The notes beneath the pieces are model-generated. The model saw only the letters and a list, made by a program, of their open reading frames with translations. It made no database searches and had not been told where the DNA came from. A stretch of 64,000 nt of DNA from assembly GCF_004010195.1 (NCBI RefSeq), contig NC_057719.1, forward strand, positions 59,903,410-59,967,409, read 5' to 3'. Position numbers and translations under genes: made by a program. This stretch comes from Chiloscyllium plagiosum. Taxonomy: Eukaryota. Of the stretch, positions 26,716 through 39,899 are shown piece after piece (positions within the stretch are counted from its first letter, which is position 1; each line of letters opens with the position of its first letter).

Positions 26716-28624
26716 AATAATTAAGGCAATTTTGAGGCTGCTTGTATATCATGGTTTGAATAGAAAAAGAACAAGTACATAATGAGTTGATGAACTGTGT
26801 GATGAATAAGATTGCAGTCTCATGAAAAAATGTCTTTCTAAAATAAGCAAATTGGCTACATGTATATCTCTCATTTCCTACCATTTGTACTTTGTTTGTT
26901 TTTTTACTCTGGGAATCCCCACCATCTGTTCCACTTGCGACTACTCACCTTTGATAACAGCATAAAAAATATGACTTAAAAAAAAGAGAACTGTGGATGT
27001 TAGAAGTTAAAATAAAAACATTTTTTCTAGCCCCCTTAAGTTCTGAATTGGACTTAATTCTGTTTTTCTCTTAACAGATACTGTCAAACTTGCTGAGTTT
27101 CTCCAGCCCTTTCCCTCGGAGAATGTCTATCCATCACTAAATGTGCAAAAGGTTCCCATACACTTCTCTTTGATAAAAACTTCAGTACTATGATCTTTAA
27201 GTGTTGAATATTTCTAGCAGTTTCTGTTTTCTTTCTTTCAACAGACCTTTGGCTCAGACTTCAATGAATGAATGAGCTTTATTGTCACATACTCAAATGA
27301 GTACATTGAGAAGTTGATGGCCACTTACACTGCCATCTTGAAGGCACTTAGAATATGAGAAGGCGATCATACACAAATAATTTATACTTTCTTTTTCCAT
27401 TAACCACAATAACCATTAGGATTTTTGCTTCATGTCTAAATTTTATTTCCTTTGTTTCAATTTTGCCCTTCAGGCAATCATCCTCTGCGATCATGCTCCA
27501 TGTATAAGCATAGAGATGATGGATAGAAGTGAAGCCAATCTTTACACACTTGTAAAGCATTAATTAAGAAAGATACACATTACAAAAGATATGTTTTCTC
27601 ACCTACCCTCTCAGTTTCAATCAATTCATATCTATCTCACTTTTGACTAACTTATAGATGACTTTAAGTTTACTCTTATTGATTTGTGCACAAGCAAACT
27701 TAAAAAGACTTTTCACTGTATTTTATTGTATTCTCACTGTAAAATATATATGACAATAAAATCAAAATAAGAATGCAAAGGTGTATTAGATGCCTCACTT
27801 GAAAGGGTAATGAAAGGGATCCCATGAACACACTAACACAAACCCAAAATGTTATAAGAAACTTAACAAATCAAATTAAAATAAGGTTCCTGAGCTTGAC
27901 GATGCTCTCTGGACACCTTGTGCCCACCAATTTTGGAAGGCCTCCAGCATACCAGCAAATACCACATACTCCCTGTTCAGAGACATCTGTACGTGGACAT
28001 AGCTGCATAAGAGAGACAGGCATTCAGATTGAATGACACTCGCTACCCCCACCTGCTGCCTATACATGTTGATGGCCTGACCTGTTCTAATCCTTAAACT
28101 TCTGTGCCACCACTGTGGGGCGTGTTGCTCTTATTGACTGGTGCACAAGTGAATCCCTAGATTATACACATCATGTGTATACAATCAATACATGTCATTA
28201 TGCCCAATAGCTCTTGCTGGCATTTATGCTTCACTTTGAACACCCAACCGTCTCATATCTCATTTTATCAGTATAACTCTCTAATTTCTTCTCCTTCATA
28301 TGCTTATCTAACTTTCCTTCAAGTGCATCTGATTGCCTCAATTGCTCCTTATGTTAACAATTTCCAAATTCTTTGTATTCTTCATGTAAAAAGGTGTCTG
28401 CAGATCCCTAATTGATACCTTACTAATGATCTTATATTGATACCCTCTTGTTTTGCTCTTCCCCATAAGTTGCATTTCATAACATTTGAATATTCCAAAG
28501 TATTTTAGGACTTTGAATTAGTTTTGAGGTATTGCCATTGTTGTAATACAGTTGAAATATTTTTCAACATTTTTGTGACTGTTGTCTTACTCTTCCTGTT
28601 GCTTATCTTGACATTCTGTATTAC

Positions 28625-29230
28625 CATAAGACAAAGGAGTAGGCCACTTATCCCATTAAGTCTACTTTGACATTTATTGAGATCATGGTTGAACTGATCA
28701 CTTTCCTGCATTTTCCCCATAACTCTTGATTCCTGTACAGATTAAAAATCTACTTCAGTGTTGAATATAGTTAATCACCCAGTCTTGAGGGCTCTCTGTG
28801 GTAAACAATTCCATAGATTCACTATCCTCTAAGAGAAGACATTTTTACTTATTTCTGTTTTAAAAGCCCCCCCTAAAAAAAAACTATTCTGAAATTATGC
28901 CCTCTGGCCTTAATCTCTCTGATATGGGGCAACAACCTTTACACAAATACCTTGTTAAGTCCCCTAGAAATCTTATATACTTCAATAAGGCTCCCTCTTG
29001 TTCTCCTAAACACCAATGAATACAGACCCAACTTACTCAATCTCTTCTCAGAAAATGTGTTGTCCATACTGAGATCAAGCTAGAGGACATTCTCTAGGCT
29101 GTCTCCAAAAGCAATATTTTGTTCTTTAGATAAGAGACCAAAACTGTTCACCATATTTCAGGTATGGTCTAACTAGTGCCTTGCATTGTTTCAGCAAGAC
29201 TCTTCTATTTTTAACTCCATTCCCTTTGAT
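28625..29230 (-). mobile_element. Old CR1-type 3' fragment
   Basis: Resembles the 14717-15350 LINE end (CCATAAGAC..AGGAGTAGGCCA). Confidence 0.6.
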
Positions 29231-30299
29231 GCATAGAAATTTAGACTAATGTTATAGCTGTTTTAAATGAACTGTAATTGAATTGTATGAGATTCTGCCT
29301 GCTACTTTTTAAAAATTTTGCATTAGGAAGATGGGAAATCCATATAAACTGGCAGGCATGTAAATGTTTTCAAGCAGTCTCTATCAGGATAAATGGTGTG
29401 TATTTTTCCTAATTATGTGTGCTGTCTAAAGCAAGAGTCAGAGAAGACCTTTGTGGGGTGGTTTCTTTTTCAATTCAAGGATGCGGGTTTTGTTGACATA
29501 GTCGACAAATTTTACACCTTCTTCTTATAACAAGTTATCTGATTACAGAATTTGCAGTAAAGGACAGTGAAGCTGGTATTTGAGGGGCAGATCTGAAATA
29601 ATTCCACAGAGACTGGTATTCTGTCACCAGATCATCCTTTGTTTACACACAGACAATCCTTGACACCAGTACTACATAACCAGAGTCAGCTCTCAGAGTG
29701 AGTATCTCTTGACACTCCCTTTTTTTCTCTGTCAGCCTGGGCTCCCTGATTGCCCAGATTAATAGCCTCAATCAGGGAACGCATACCCTATGAGGTCGAG
29801 TTGGCTGACCTCGTTACAATCACTACAAGTTTTGTTACCTCTGCAAATCTAATTTCATTGAAGGCTCTTTCTCTGCCACAGGGTGTTTTGGAGTGAGTTA
29901 ATCTTGACTGATTATGAGAAATATTTTTCAAAAGATTGAGCCAAATCTTAAGTTCTCAAGTGAGATTTGTGTTGAGACTCTCGGAGGCTTTTTTTTGCTT
30001 TGAGGCCCAGTGAATGTTCTCACCTACCTTACTCAACACTCCTTATTATTATGGCACCTTGATAGTGTCCCCAAATCCAATTCCAGTCCCATCTTACCAT
30101 GCACCATTCCCAAGAATAGCTGAGCATTGCCAGGCAATGCTGCAATTAATGAGTATCCCTTGTGCACCCACCATCTTTATATGCCCAAAATGGACCAGAC
30201 TAGCAGTAAATCTAGAGCTTCCTGCACAGTTCCTGACAGTTACCCAGGGCATGCTAAACAAGAGGAAATCAGCACCCCACTTTGTGACAGGCACCTGGA

Positions 30300-30950
30300 G
30301 GTCCTATGGTTGGTGCAAATGTAGGACTTCCTCCTCTGCCAACCCAGCAATAGAGGCCACAGCCAATGTTCCCTTTGTGGCTACGTGTACTAGCACAGCT
30401 GCTGCTAGGTTATGTGTATGCTGTTTAGCACCGGTATACTGTTCACAATGTTCACTTTCAGTTCTAGAAGTCATTGCCATGCACAGACATCAGACAGCCA
30501 TTTAGCCAGAAAGAAAATTAGAGAATGTTGGCCATGGCACCAGACCAAGACAGCCTGGTTAAAGGTTACCACTGGGTTACAGCGTTCTCAGCCATTTGGA
30601 AGAATTTCCAGCACTTTAGGAAGAAGATCAATAAGGTCTTACTCCACATACCAGTGTATGTGCCACCAATTCTCTCTGATACCTCACACTCACTCTGTCT
30701 CTGCTACAGTAGGTACCTCCCACCAGGCAGTTACATGCTCTACCACTCTCAGTTTTGCCTGCAACATATTCCAACCTACCCCAACCCTGACACCACTAAT
30801 CGCATATGCCCTCTGCACAGCCCACTCCCTCTCTCGGGACATGTCTCACCTGCATCAAGAGTGCTACCCACTTTCACCTCCAGTAATATCTGCATCTCTT
30901 ATACTATGAGGAAAACAAATTCAAAAAGGCAGGAAGAGTCAATACAGGTG
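30300..30950 (+). mobile_element. Possible Harbinger-type Myb/SANT ORF remnant
   Basis: Frameshifted TAWLKVT / WKNFQHFRKKINKVL, similar to 55170-55280. Confidence 0.35.
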
Positions 30951-31348
30951 GTGGGCTGCCCAATATTCAGCTCCTCACACTTTACGTGGAGAGAAATTTG
31001 ATTCCTGAGTAGCTAACTGATTGCGTTCAATTCACTGGACTGGTACTGGAGGTTGGCCTTCACTTTCTGTGCTGGGATCCCAGGTGTGAAGGCCATTTTC
31101 CTTAACTTGACTGAGTTCTGCTAACAACAATGGCAAACTTCCCGCCTTTGAGTCTTTGCTAAACTGGACTGCAAGTCAGAATTATATGAGCCTGATGCTC
31201 TGCATGGCAGAGATGCTGTAACCAACGAGGTAGGTTAAAAGTGAGCACAATGACAGTGAGCAAAGATACCAGAGATGCAGCTTGGTGCAGTCTATGGGCA
31301 GTAAGTCCTAGATTGAAGTCCCACCTGCTTTAGAGGTCTGTCATGACA

Positions 31349-31650
31349 TGGCGCCTCAGTGGTTAGCACTGTTGCCTCAGTGCTAGGGTTCGATTTCAGC
31401 CTCGGGCGACTGTCTGTGTGAAGTTTGCACATTGTTCCCCTGTCTGCGTGGGTTTCCTCCCACAGTCAAAAGATGTGCAGGTCGGGTAAACTGGCCATGC
31501 TAAATTGCCAATATTGTTTAGGTTTGATGCATTAGTCAGGAGAAATGTGAAGTAATAGGGTAGAGGAATGGTCTGATTGGGATACTCGTTGGAGGGTCAA
31601 TGTGGTCTTTGGGCCAAATGGCCTGTTTCCATACTGTAGGGATTCTTGAT
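31349..31650 (+). mobile_element. HE1-like SINE, diverged
   Basis: CAGTGGTTAGCACTG, GGTTCGATT and TGCGTGGGTTTCCTCC blocks. Confidence 0.8.
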
Positions 31651-32599
31651 AATGTGCCTGAAGAGATTGGTTAAAAATATCAAAACAATGGCTCTCAAAG
31701 TTACAATAGGCTTCATTAGACTTCATGACCGATTTTTCCACAAATATCACTTTTGCTCATATTGTTTAGACTGCTGTAAGATTCTGTCCAGAATCTGTAT
31801 TTATACTCAGCTGGATTAAAAAGAAGACATATCGAAATCTAGAATAATTGGGGGCCTATTTTCTTATTACTGTTCTACATATATGAACTAGTAACTGGTA
31901 AGACATGAAGTCCATACCTCATAAAGGTTTGGACTGATCGAAGAAAGGTGCTAAATTTTTTTGACTTATTATATAAAGCACTCTTGTGAAATCAGTTATC
32001 CTATTAGCACTCACTTGCTAATTATATTCTTATTAAAATTAGTGTTCAGCTTGTTTCTTTTAGCATCTTATTTTCCACTGACTTTGCAGTCAGAAATTAA
32101 TGGAAGAACCCACACTGTTTTTCATGCACATAACAACAGTAAAAATGCTCACTGTTCACTCCTGCGTGCTATGTCCTAGATAACATGTACATGAGGTTAC
32201 ACTTCAGTTCATAAGAGAGGGCAGAAATGTATTTTTGCAATAGGCTTGTGTTGAAATTATCAGAAGAAAATTGCGTTATAACAATTTATTGGGCAATACC
32301 TTTGTACCATAAAAACAGAAATATTCAGCATGTCTATCAACATATGTGGAGAGAGAAACAAAAACAGTTGGAATTTTACCCCTATCATGTCTATGTGCCT
32401 CTGCTGGAGTTTTATCAGTGGCAGTGTAGTTGTCGGGTTGTCTGCCTGCCTTTTAGGCCAATTGAAGTAATTAGTTCCATGATGGTCTGAAGAGAAATGC
32501 AGTACTCCTCATAGAAATAGAGGGCTCTCTTCTGGCATAATGGTATTGCTTCTACCCCTGGACCAGTAGACATGTCCATAATGCCTCTTAAACTAACTT

Positions 32600-33060
32600 T
32601 TATACATGCACCATTGAATGCATCCTATCTGGATACATCACAGCTTGGTATATTCACTGCTGTACCCAACACTGCAAGAAAGTACAGAGAGTTGTGAACT
32701 GAGCCCAGTCCAACACAAAAACCAGCCTTCCTTCCATTACCTCCTTCTATACTTCCCTCTGCCTCGGGAAAGCAGCCGACATAATAAAAGATACCTCCCA
32801 CTCTGTTTATACTGTCTTCCACCCTCTTCCATTGTGCAAAAGATACAAAAGTTTGAAAACACAGACCAACAGATTTAAGAACAGTTTCTTCTCCACTGTT
32901 ATCAGACTTATAAAAGGACTTCTCATATATTAGAGTTTATCTTTCTTTGCACCTTCTTTGTAGTTGTAAGACTATACTTTGCATTGTTATAATACCCTGA
33001 TTTACATATGTAAGATATGATTTATCTCTCAGAACATGTGATAATAATAAATCAAAATTA
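32600..33060 (+). mobile_element. Old Rex1-like LINE 3' fragment
   Basis: CATCCTATCTGGATACATCACAGCTTGGTAT (ILSG.ITAWY) resembles 12652-12690. Confidence 0.55.
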
Positions 33061-33269
33061 TAATCTCTCACCAAAATAGAACACAATCCTCCATTACCAC
33101 AAATTTTGCAGTTGAGTATCCTGCATTTGGGGACATCGTAAATGTCAGTTCACCCAAAGTACCATGGGATAGACCCATCCTGGGAGAATGGCCTTCATGA
33201 TCATAGTTTGCAGGGGACACAAGAAGTAGATAGGATCAAGGAAACCCTAAGGCTTTCTATAGGTTTTTT

Positions 33270-33608
33270 TAGATTAGATTAGATTACTTAGATTACTTGG
33301 ATGATTACATTAGATTAGATTAGATTACTTACAGTGTGGAAACAGGCCCTTCAGCCCAACAAGTCCACACCGACCCGCCGAAGCGCAACCCACCCATTCC
33401 CCTACATTTACCCCTGTACCTAACACTATAGGCAATTTAGCATGGCCAATTCACCTGACCTGCACATCTTTGTGACTGTGGGAGGAAACCGGAGCACCCG
33501 GGGAGAACGTGCAAACTCCACACAGTCAGTCGCCTGAGTCGGGAATTGAACCCGGGTCTCTGGCGCTGTGAGGCAGCAGTGCTAACCACTGTGCCACCGT
33601 GCCGCCCA
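33270..33608 (-). mobile_element. HE1-like SINE
   Basis: Reverse-complement tRNA head at about 33540-33608; expanded (TTAGA)n tail. Confidence 0.9.
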
Positions 33609-34399
33609 CAAAGCGGTACATCAGGAATAAAAGAATGACTAAGGTAAGAATAGGGCCAATCAAACATAGTAATGGGAAGTTGTGTGTGGAGTCCGAGGAG
33701 ATAGGGAAAGTGCTAAATGAATACTTTTCATCAGTATTCATACTAAATAAAGGCAATGTGGTCAAGGAAAATTGAGGTGGGATTGAGGTGCATAAGGAGG
33801 ATGAGTTAGCAATTCTGGAAAGTGTGAAAATAAATAAGTCTCCTGGACTGGATAGGATTTATCTTGGGATTCTCTGGGAAGCCTGGGAGGAGATTGCTGA
33901 GCCGTTGGCTTTGGTCTTTATGTCATCATTGTCTACAGGAATAGTGCCAGAAGACTGGAGGACAGCAAATGTTGTTCCCTTGTTCAAGAAGGGGAGTAGA
34001 GACAACCCTGGTAATTATAGACGTGTGAGCCTTACTTTAGTTGTGAGTAAAGTGTTGGAAAGGGTTATTAGAGATAGGATTTATAATCACCTAGAAAGGA
34101 ATAAGTTGATATGGGATAGAAAACACAGTTTTGTGAAAGGTAGGTCGTGTCTGACAAACCTTATGGAGTTCTTTGAGAAGGTGACCAAACACGTGGAAGA
34201 GGGTAAAGCAAATGATGTGTATGTGGATTTCAGTAAGGCATTTGATAAGGTTCCACATGGTACTGCACAAAATAGGGAGGCATGGGATTGAGGGTAATTT
34301 AGCAGTTTGGATCAGAAATTGGCTAGCTGAAAGAAGACAGCTAATGTTGATGGGAAATATTCATCCTGGAGTTCAGTTCTGTTTTGGGTCCACTTTTTT

Positions 34400-34565
34400 T
34401 TTAGATTAGATTACTTACAGTGTGGAAAAAGGCCCTTCAACCCATCAAGTTCACACTGACCCACCAAAGCGCAACCCACCCAGACCCATTCCCCTACATT
34501 TACCCCTTCACCTAACACTATGGGCAATTTAGCATGGCCAATTCACCTAACCTGCACATTTCTGG
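34400..34565 (-). mobile_element. HE1-like SINE 3' half
   Basis: Matches 33315-33470. Confidence 0.8.
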
Positions 34566-35442
34566 ATTTGTTGTTTGTCATTTTTATAAATGACCTGGAT
34601 GAGGGCATAGAAGGGTTGGTTAGTAAATTTGTGGGTGATACTAAGGTTGGTAGAGTTGTGGATAGTGACGAAGGATGTTATAGGTTGAAGAGAGACATAG
34701 ATAAACTGCAGAGCTGGACTGAGAGGTGGCAAATGGAGCTCAATCCGGAAAAGTGTGAGATGATTCATTTTGGAAGGAGTTACAGGAATGCAGAGTACTG
34801 TGCTAATGGTAAGATTCTTGGTAGTGTCGATGAGCAGAAAGATATCGGTGTCCAGATACATAGATCCTTACAAGTTGCCACCCAGATTGATAGGGTTGTT
34901 AAGAAGGCATAGGGTGTGTTAACTTTTACTGGTAGAGGGATTGCGTTTCGGAATCATGAGGTCATGCTGTAACTGTACAAAACTCATTTGGAGTATTGCA
35001 TACAGTACTGGTCACCGCATTGTAAGAAGAATGCAGAAGCTTTGGAAAGGGTTCAGAGAAGATTTACTGGGATGTTTCCTGGCATGGAGGGAAGGTCTTC
35101 CAAGGAAAGGCTGAGGGACTTGAGTCTGTTTTCGTTAGAGAGAAGAAGGTTGAGAGGTGACGTAATTGAGACATAAAAGATAATCAGAGAGTTAGATAGG
35201 TTGGACAGTGACAGCCTTGGATGGTGATGGCTAGCACGAGGGGACATCGCTTTAACTTAGGCGGTGATAGATATAGGACAGATGTCAGACCTAGCTTCTT
35301 TACTCAGAGAGTATTAGGGACGTGGAACGCGCTGCCTGCAACAATAGTAGGCTCACCAACGTAAAGGGCACTTAAATGGTCATTGGATAGGCATATGGTC
35401 GAGAATGGAATAGTGTAGGTTAGATGGGCTTCAGATTGGTTC

Positions 35443-35647
35443 TGAGCTGAAAATGTGTTGCTGGAAAAGCGCAGCAGGTCAGGCAGCATCCAGGGAACAG
35501 GAGAATCGATGTTTCGGGCATAAGCCCTTCTTCAGGAATGCCCAAAACGTCGATTCTCCTGTTCCCTGGATGCTGCCTGACCTGCTGCGCTTTTCCAGCA
35601 ACACATTTTCAGCTCTGATCTCCAGCATCTGCAGACCTCACTTTCTC
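35443..35647. mobile_element. Fold-back Penelope-like mini-insertion with 14-bp TSD
   Basis: Inverted then direct copy of the family-1 terminus. CTTCAGATTGGTTC at 35429-35442 and 35648-35661. Confidence 0.85.
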
Positions 35648-36139
35648 CTTCAGATTGGTTCCACAGGTCAGCGCAACATCAAAGGCCGAAGGGCCTGTAC
35701 TGCGCTGTAATATTCTATGTTCTATGTCTCTCCTTGCCAGGTAATTATCTCTTACCGAGTCAAAGCTACTCACTTTGGAAAAAACTACATAAAGCTGTCC
35801 ATGTGTATAATCAGGCCTGGGAATATAATTCCAAAATTTTCCTGGAGTCTAACCTGAGACTTGTTTATGGTCATAAAATATGACAGACTATTTCAGAACA
35901 ATTTTCTCCTGAGTTGAACAGGCAGGGTTCAATACTATTCAAGGAACACATTTTTTTTATATCTGCCTGTTATAATTTCAGCTTTAAAGAAAACAGTTTC
36001 CTTAGTCCCAATCTTATTCCATGGTCAAATTAGTATAACTATTCTTTCCTTGATTCTAAGTATGTGCAGTGTCACGCCATTTGGAATTAGACTGAGTAGA
36101 AAATCTGGAGAGAATAGATTAATAGTTGTAAAAGCCAAA

Positions 36140-36940
36140 GGACTGTGGCTGCTGGAAATCAGAACCAAAAACAGAAATTGCTGGGAAAACTTAACAGGCC
36201 TGGTAGTATCTGTGGGGAGAAAACAAATTTAACATTTTGGGCCTAGTGACCCTTCCTCAGAACTGACCGTAGGTAGAAAAAGGTTGGTCTATAAACTTAA
36301 GATGGGGTGTTGGGGAAAGGGGAGGAGTAAATGATAGATGGAGATGGAATAAAACAATTGAACAAAGGAATAGGTAAAAGTTAGTTTGAGGGAATAAATA
36401 GCTGTTAATTGGGACCATCATGTGATGTCAAGGCTGGTGTGTGGGGGTTGGGGATATGGGACAAGGTACTCAGGCTCCAAAATTATTAACTTGATATTGA
36501 GCCCTGAAGGCTGAAGAGTCCCCAAGCAGAAAATGAGATGCTGTTCTTTCAGTTTGCATTGAGCTTTGTTGTAGCACTGTAGCAAGCTCAAGGCAGAGAC
36601 GTTGGCAAGGGAAGAAGGTGATGTTTTATAGCAACAAGCAACAGGAAGCTCATGGTCATGTTTATGGACAAAACATAGGTGCTCTGAAAAGCAGTTGCCC
36701 AGCCTGCGTTTCATCTCCCCAATGCAGAGGTGAACGCATTGTGAGCAATGAATACATAGACTACATTGAGTGAAGGTAATTTGCTGTTTCACCTAGAAGA
36801 TAGGTCTGGGGCATTGGAGAGAGAAGAGAGGAAGTAAATAAGGAATTGTTAAACTTTCTGTGATTGCATAGGAAAGTGAAGTGGGGATACGTGGAGGTCT
36901 TGGGAGTAAAGGATGAGTGCACCAGAATGCTCTAGAGGGA
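36140..36940 (-). mobile_element. Penelope-like GIY-YIG 3' fragment
   Basis: CIHCSQCVHLCIGEMKRRLGNCFSEHL...KLKEQHLIFCLGTLQPSGLNI. Confidence 0.8.
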
Positions 36941-38829
36941 TTAATAGTTGCTTGGTAGTACAGATCAAACAACCTGTCATATCAGGACCCGACATAACTC
37001 CCTTAATCTCCAGGTTCTAAAACCACCCTTCCCTGGAACATGACACTCCTCCTCCCTCGGACCTAATTTCCCTCTTCCAAGATGGGACCCAACACCTTCC
37101 CAGTGTCAGATGTGACACCATCTCTCAGTCTGAGACCTGACCACAGGACCAGACATAACCTCCACTTTATTCTAGACCTGACAATGTCCTCTCTCTTCAG
37201 GTCTCAACATTTCCCTCACCCAAAGGCCCAAAACAAATCCTTCTGACTCCAGGAGCTGAAAACACCCCTCATCTTGGATGCCAACGCTCTCCTCCTGCCA
37301 GGACCTGAAATCCCCACATACCTTAAGACCCAATACATTTTCCCCTCCTATTCACTCTGCAGCTAGACTCAACAGCCACCTCTCACTTGGGACGCAGGAG
37401 CTGTCCTCTCCACTGGACTTGACACATCCTCCACCCTTTGTGACCCAATTACTCCCTATCCCTCTCGGACTCGACTATACAATTCCCTCCATGGCCTGAC
37501 ATACTCTTCTCCCCTCCCTTGCTGCTCAACAACTGCTCTTCCCCTGGACCTCCTTTGCCCTCAGGGATCAAAACCAGCATTTCCAGCTGCTACCACCACC
37601 AGTCCTGATGCTTCTCCACCTAACCAAGACTTGACACCTTTTTTCCCAATATCTATCTGACACCCCAACTTTTTCCAACAGTCCTGATAGATGACTTCCC
37701 CCTTTCCCCAACCTGTTATCCTACACACTTGACAGTCTGGAACCCTATCAACCTGGCATCCTATGTACTTGCCTGACACCTGGCTTGGCACTTTCCTTAC
37801 CTGGCATCCTTCTCACCTGTCACCCTTAGCCTTACATTTACCTTCAAACTTGTCCTTTTACCAGGAGATGTCAAAGAGCCGTCTGGGATGCTGAAGACTT
37901 AAAGCACAGAAAATGACAGTCAGTGTTGTGAAAAGGGGTGTGTGGCTTGCCTTTGCCCAACTACCCTGCCCTATGAGAATACAGTTGGATTTAAGCTATG
38001 TCCTGCATTTCTGTAGGATCCACGATCAAAATGTCCAAAATACAGAATTCTTCTTCAATCTAAAAAAGTAGGAGTGACAATTTAACTATGATGGCCTCGC
38101 CTCAAAAAATATGGCACAATAGAATTTATTGAATAATTGCCCCTGCCATTTTGCCACACTTTATAACTTATATTAAGTCATCCAACTCTTCTCTGCTATC
38201 CCAACCCATGCCATTCCATCCTTTGCACAACGTCTTTCTTATACCATCCTTATCCCATTTCTTCCAATGTTGCCTCATTCTGCAATATACTATCCTGAAC
38301 ACTCTTGCACCACTCCAATCCCAAACTTCATGGCAACAATCTCTCCAACCAGGATAACTGTTGCTGGCCTCCCCTTACCGTCCAGTTCTTCTTCGCTATT
38401 ACTATGTACCCTAGCCCCAGCTTATAAATTAGGAGCAGGAATAGGTCATTTGTCCTTGAGCCTGCTTTGCCATTCAATAAGATCATGATTGATCAGTTGT
38501 GGTCTCAACACTATATTCTTGCCTACTCTTGTTAACTTTTGACCCCCTTGCTAGTTAAAAATATACATAAATCTTTACATAGTTAAATGTTCTATTTGAC
38601 ATATTTTAAAATTGATAAGATTCAGTAATTTATCTTTATATTGTTGATTTTGAATTGACACAAAACTTGGAAGAAATCTAAATTTTGATTAGTGATAAAT
38701 TTCAACAGCAGAGAGACAGTGAGACAAATAAAAGTTGAAAGGTGATGCACAGAAAAGCTAAGTGATTCCTTTTGGTGGGAATAACATTGGTTGATAATAT
38801 AAAACAAAGAGTCCTATTCTAAAAGAGGT

Positions 38830-39430
38830 AGGATTTAGGGTGTACTGGGGCATTATCATTGAAGAAGCGGAGTAGGTTGAGAGTGGTTAACTGATTTTAC
38901 GAATAAAGACAGAGTACAAAAGCTCTGAAGTTATGATGAACCAGTATAAAGCTTAGCTCATTGGAGTTTCATTTCCCAATTATGGACACCACACTTCAAG
39001 AAGGGTGTAAAAGCATAAAAGGGGATGCAGCAAAGATTAATGAGAATAGTTGCATGGATGATAAATTTCAGCATTACGGATAAATTGTTGAAGCTGAGAT
39101 TGTTGTCCTTGAAGAAGGGAACATTAGGAAGAGATTTAACAGAAGTGTGCAAAATAATGAGGGATCTGGACAGAGTAGATAGGGAGAAGGGCGTGCTCAC
39201 TTCCAGAAGGATTGAGAACCAGGGGTCACTGATTTGAAGTGATTGGCAAAAAAAAACAATGGTGAGAGATAAAGCTTTTTACATTGCGCATGGTCAGGAT
39301 CTGGAATGTTTTGCCTGGACGTGTACTGGAGATGGATTCAATTAAAGCCCTCAAAAGAGAACTGATTAATTATGAGTAGCAAAAAAGTTTTAAGGCAACT
39401 ATAGGGAATGGCTTTAGATGAGTTGTTCTT
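38830..39430 (+). mobile_element. Old CR1-type 3' fragment
   Basis: LRLLSLKKGTLGRDLTEVCKIMRDLDRVD. Confidence 0.65.
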
Positions 39431-39899
39431 TCAGAAAGTTTGCAGACAAGTGACTAACTTGTGTATTTTAACAGCTAACCCCTTATTTTCACGATTTGTT
39501 GGACATCCCTTAAGAGATATCATTTGCCCTTTATTTCTCGGACCAGCTTGTGGGAAATTAAGTTTAGGAGTCTCCTTTTTAATCGTGTATGTTTTTTTGT
39601 GTGTTTTAAGGCACCCTTCCGTATGGTCATTAGGTCATCAGCAATTGACTTTCCCCGTCACACCCCTGAGATAACCAATCCCCTCCATTAAGGTCAGAAT
39701 GTGCTATAAATGTAACATGATTCTATTACTTTCACAACAATACTTAAATTTGTGCAGGAGTACTATCCCACACATAAGCACAAATAAAACATTAACCTCC
39801 TTACTACAAACATTCACTTTGATCAGTTTTCAGTTTGCTTGTCTTCCTGATAATGCATGCTATCACTCAATTCCCAAAATACATTAGTCACATGGGTAG

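Larger units (their letters stand above)
33230..35730 (+). mobile_element. CR1-type LINE with nested SINE and Penelope-like insertions
   Basis: PEDWRTANVVPLFKKGSRDNPGNYR, VDFSKAFDKVPH, IFINDLD, RRRLRGD; tail ATTCTATGTTCTATG. Confidence 0.9.

Noticed and set aside
29560..29828. Possible solo LTR ending ...CACTACA
   Set aside because: Only one plausible terminus; no second end or TSD identified.
33270..33330. (TTAGA)n as telomere-like or CRISPR-like array
   Set aside because: It is the SINE 3' microsatellite tail; there are no spacers and the context is eukaryotic.
36980..37860. C-rich region with loosely repeated GGACC/CCTGAC units
   Set aside because: No consistent period or coding signal that I can support; probably a decayed repeat.
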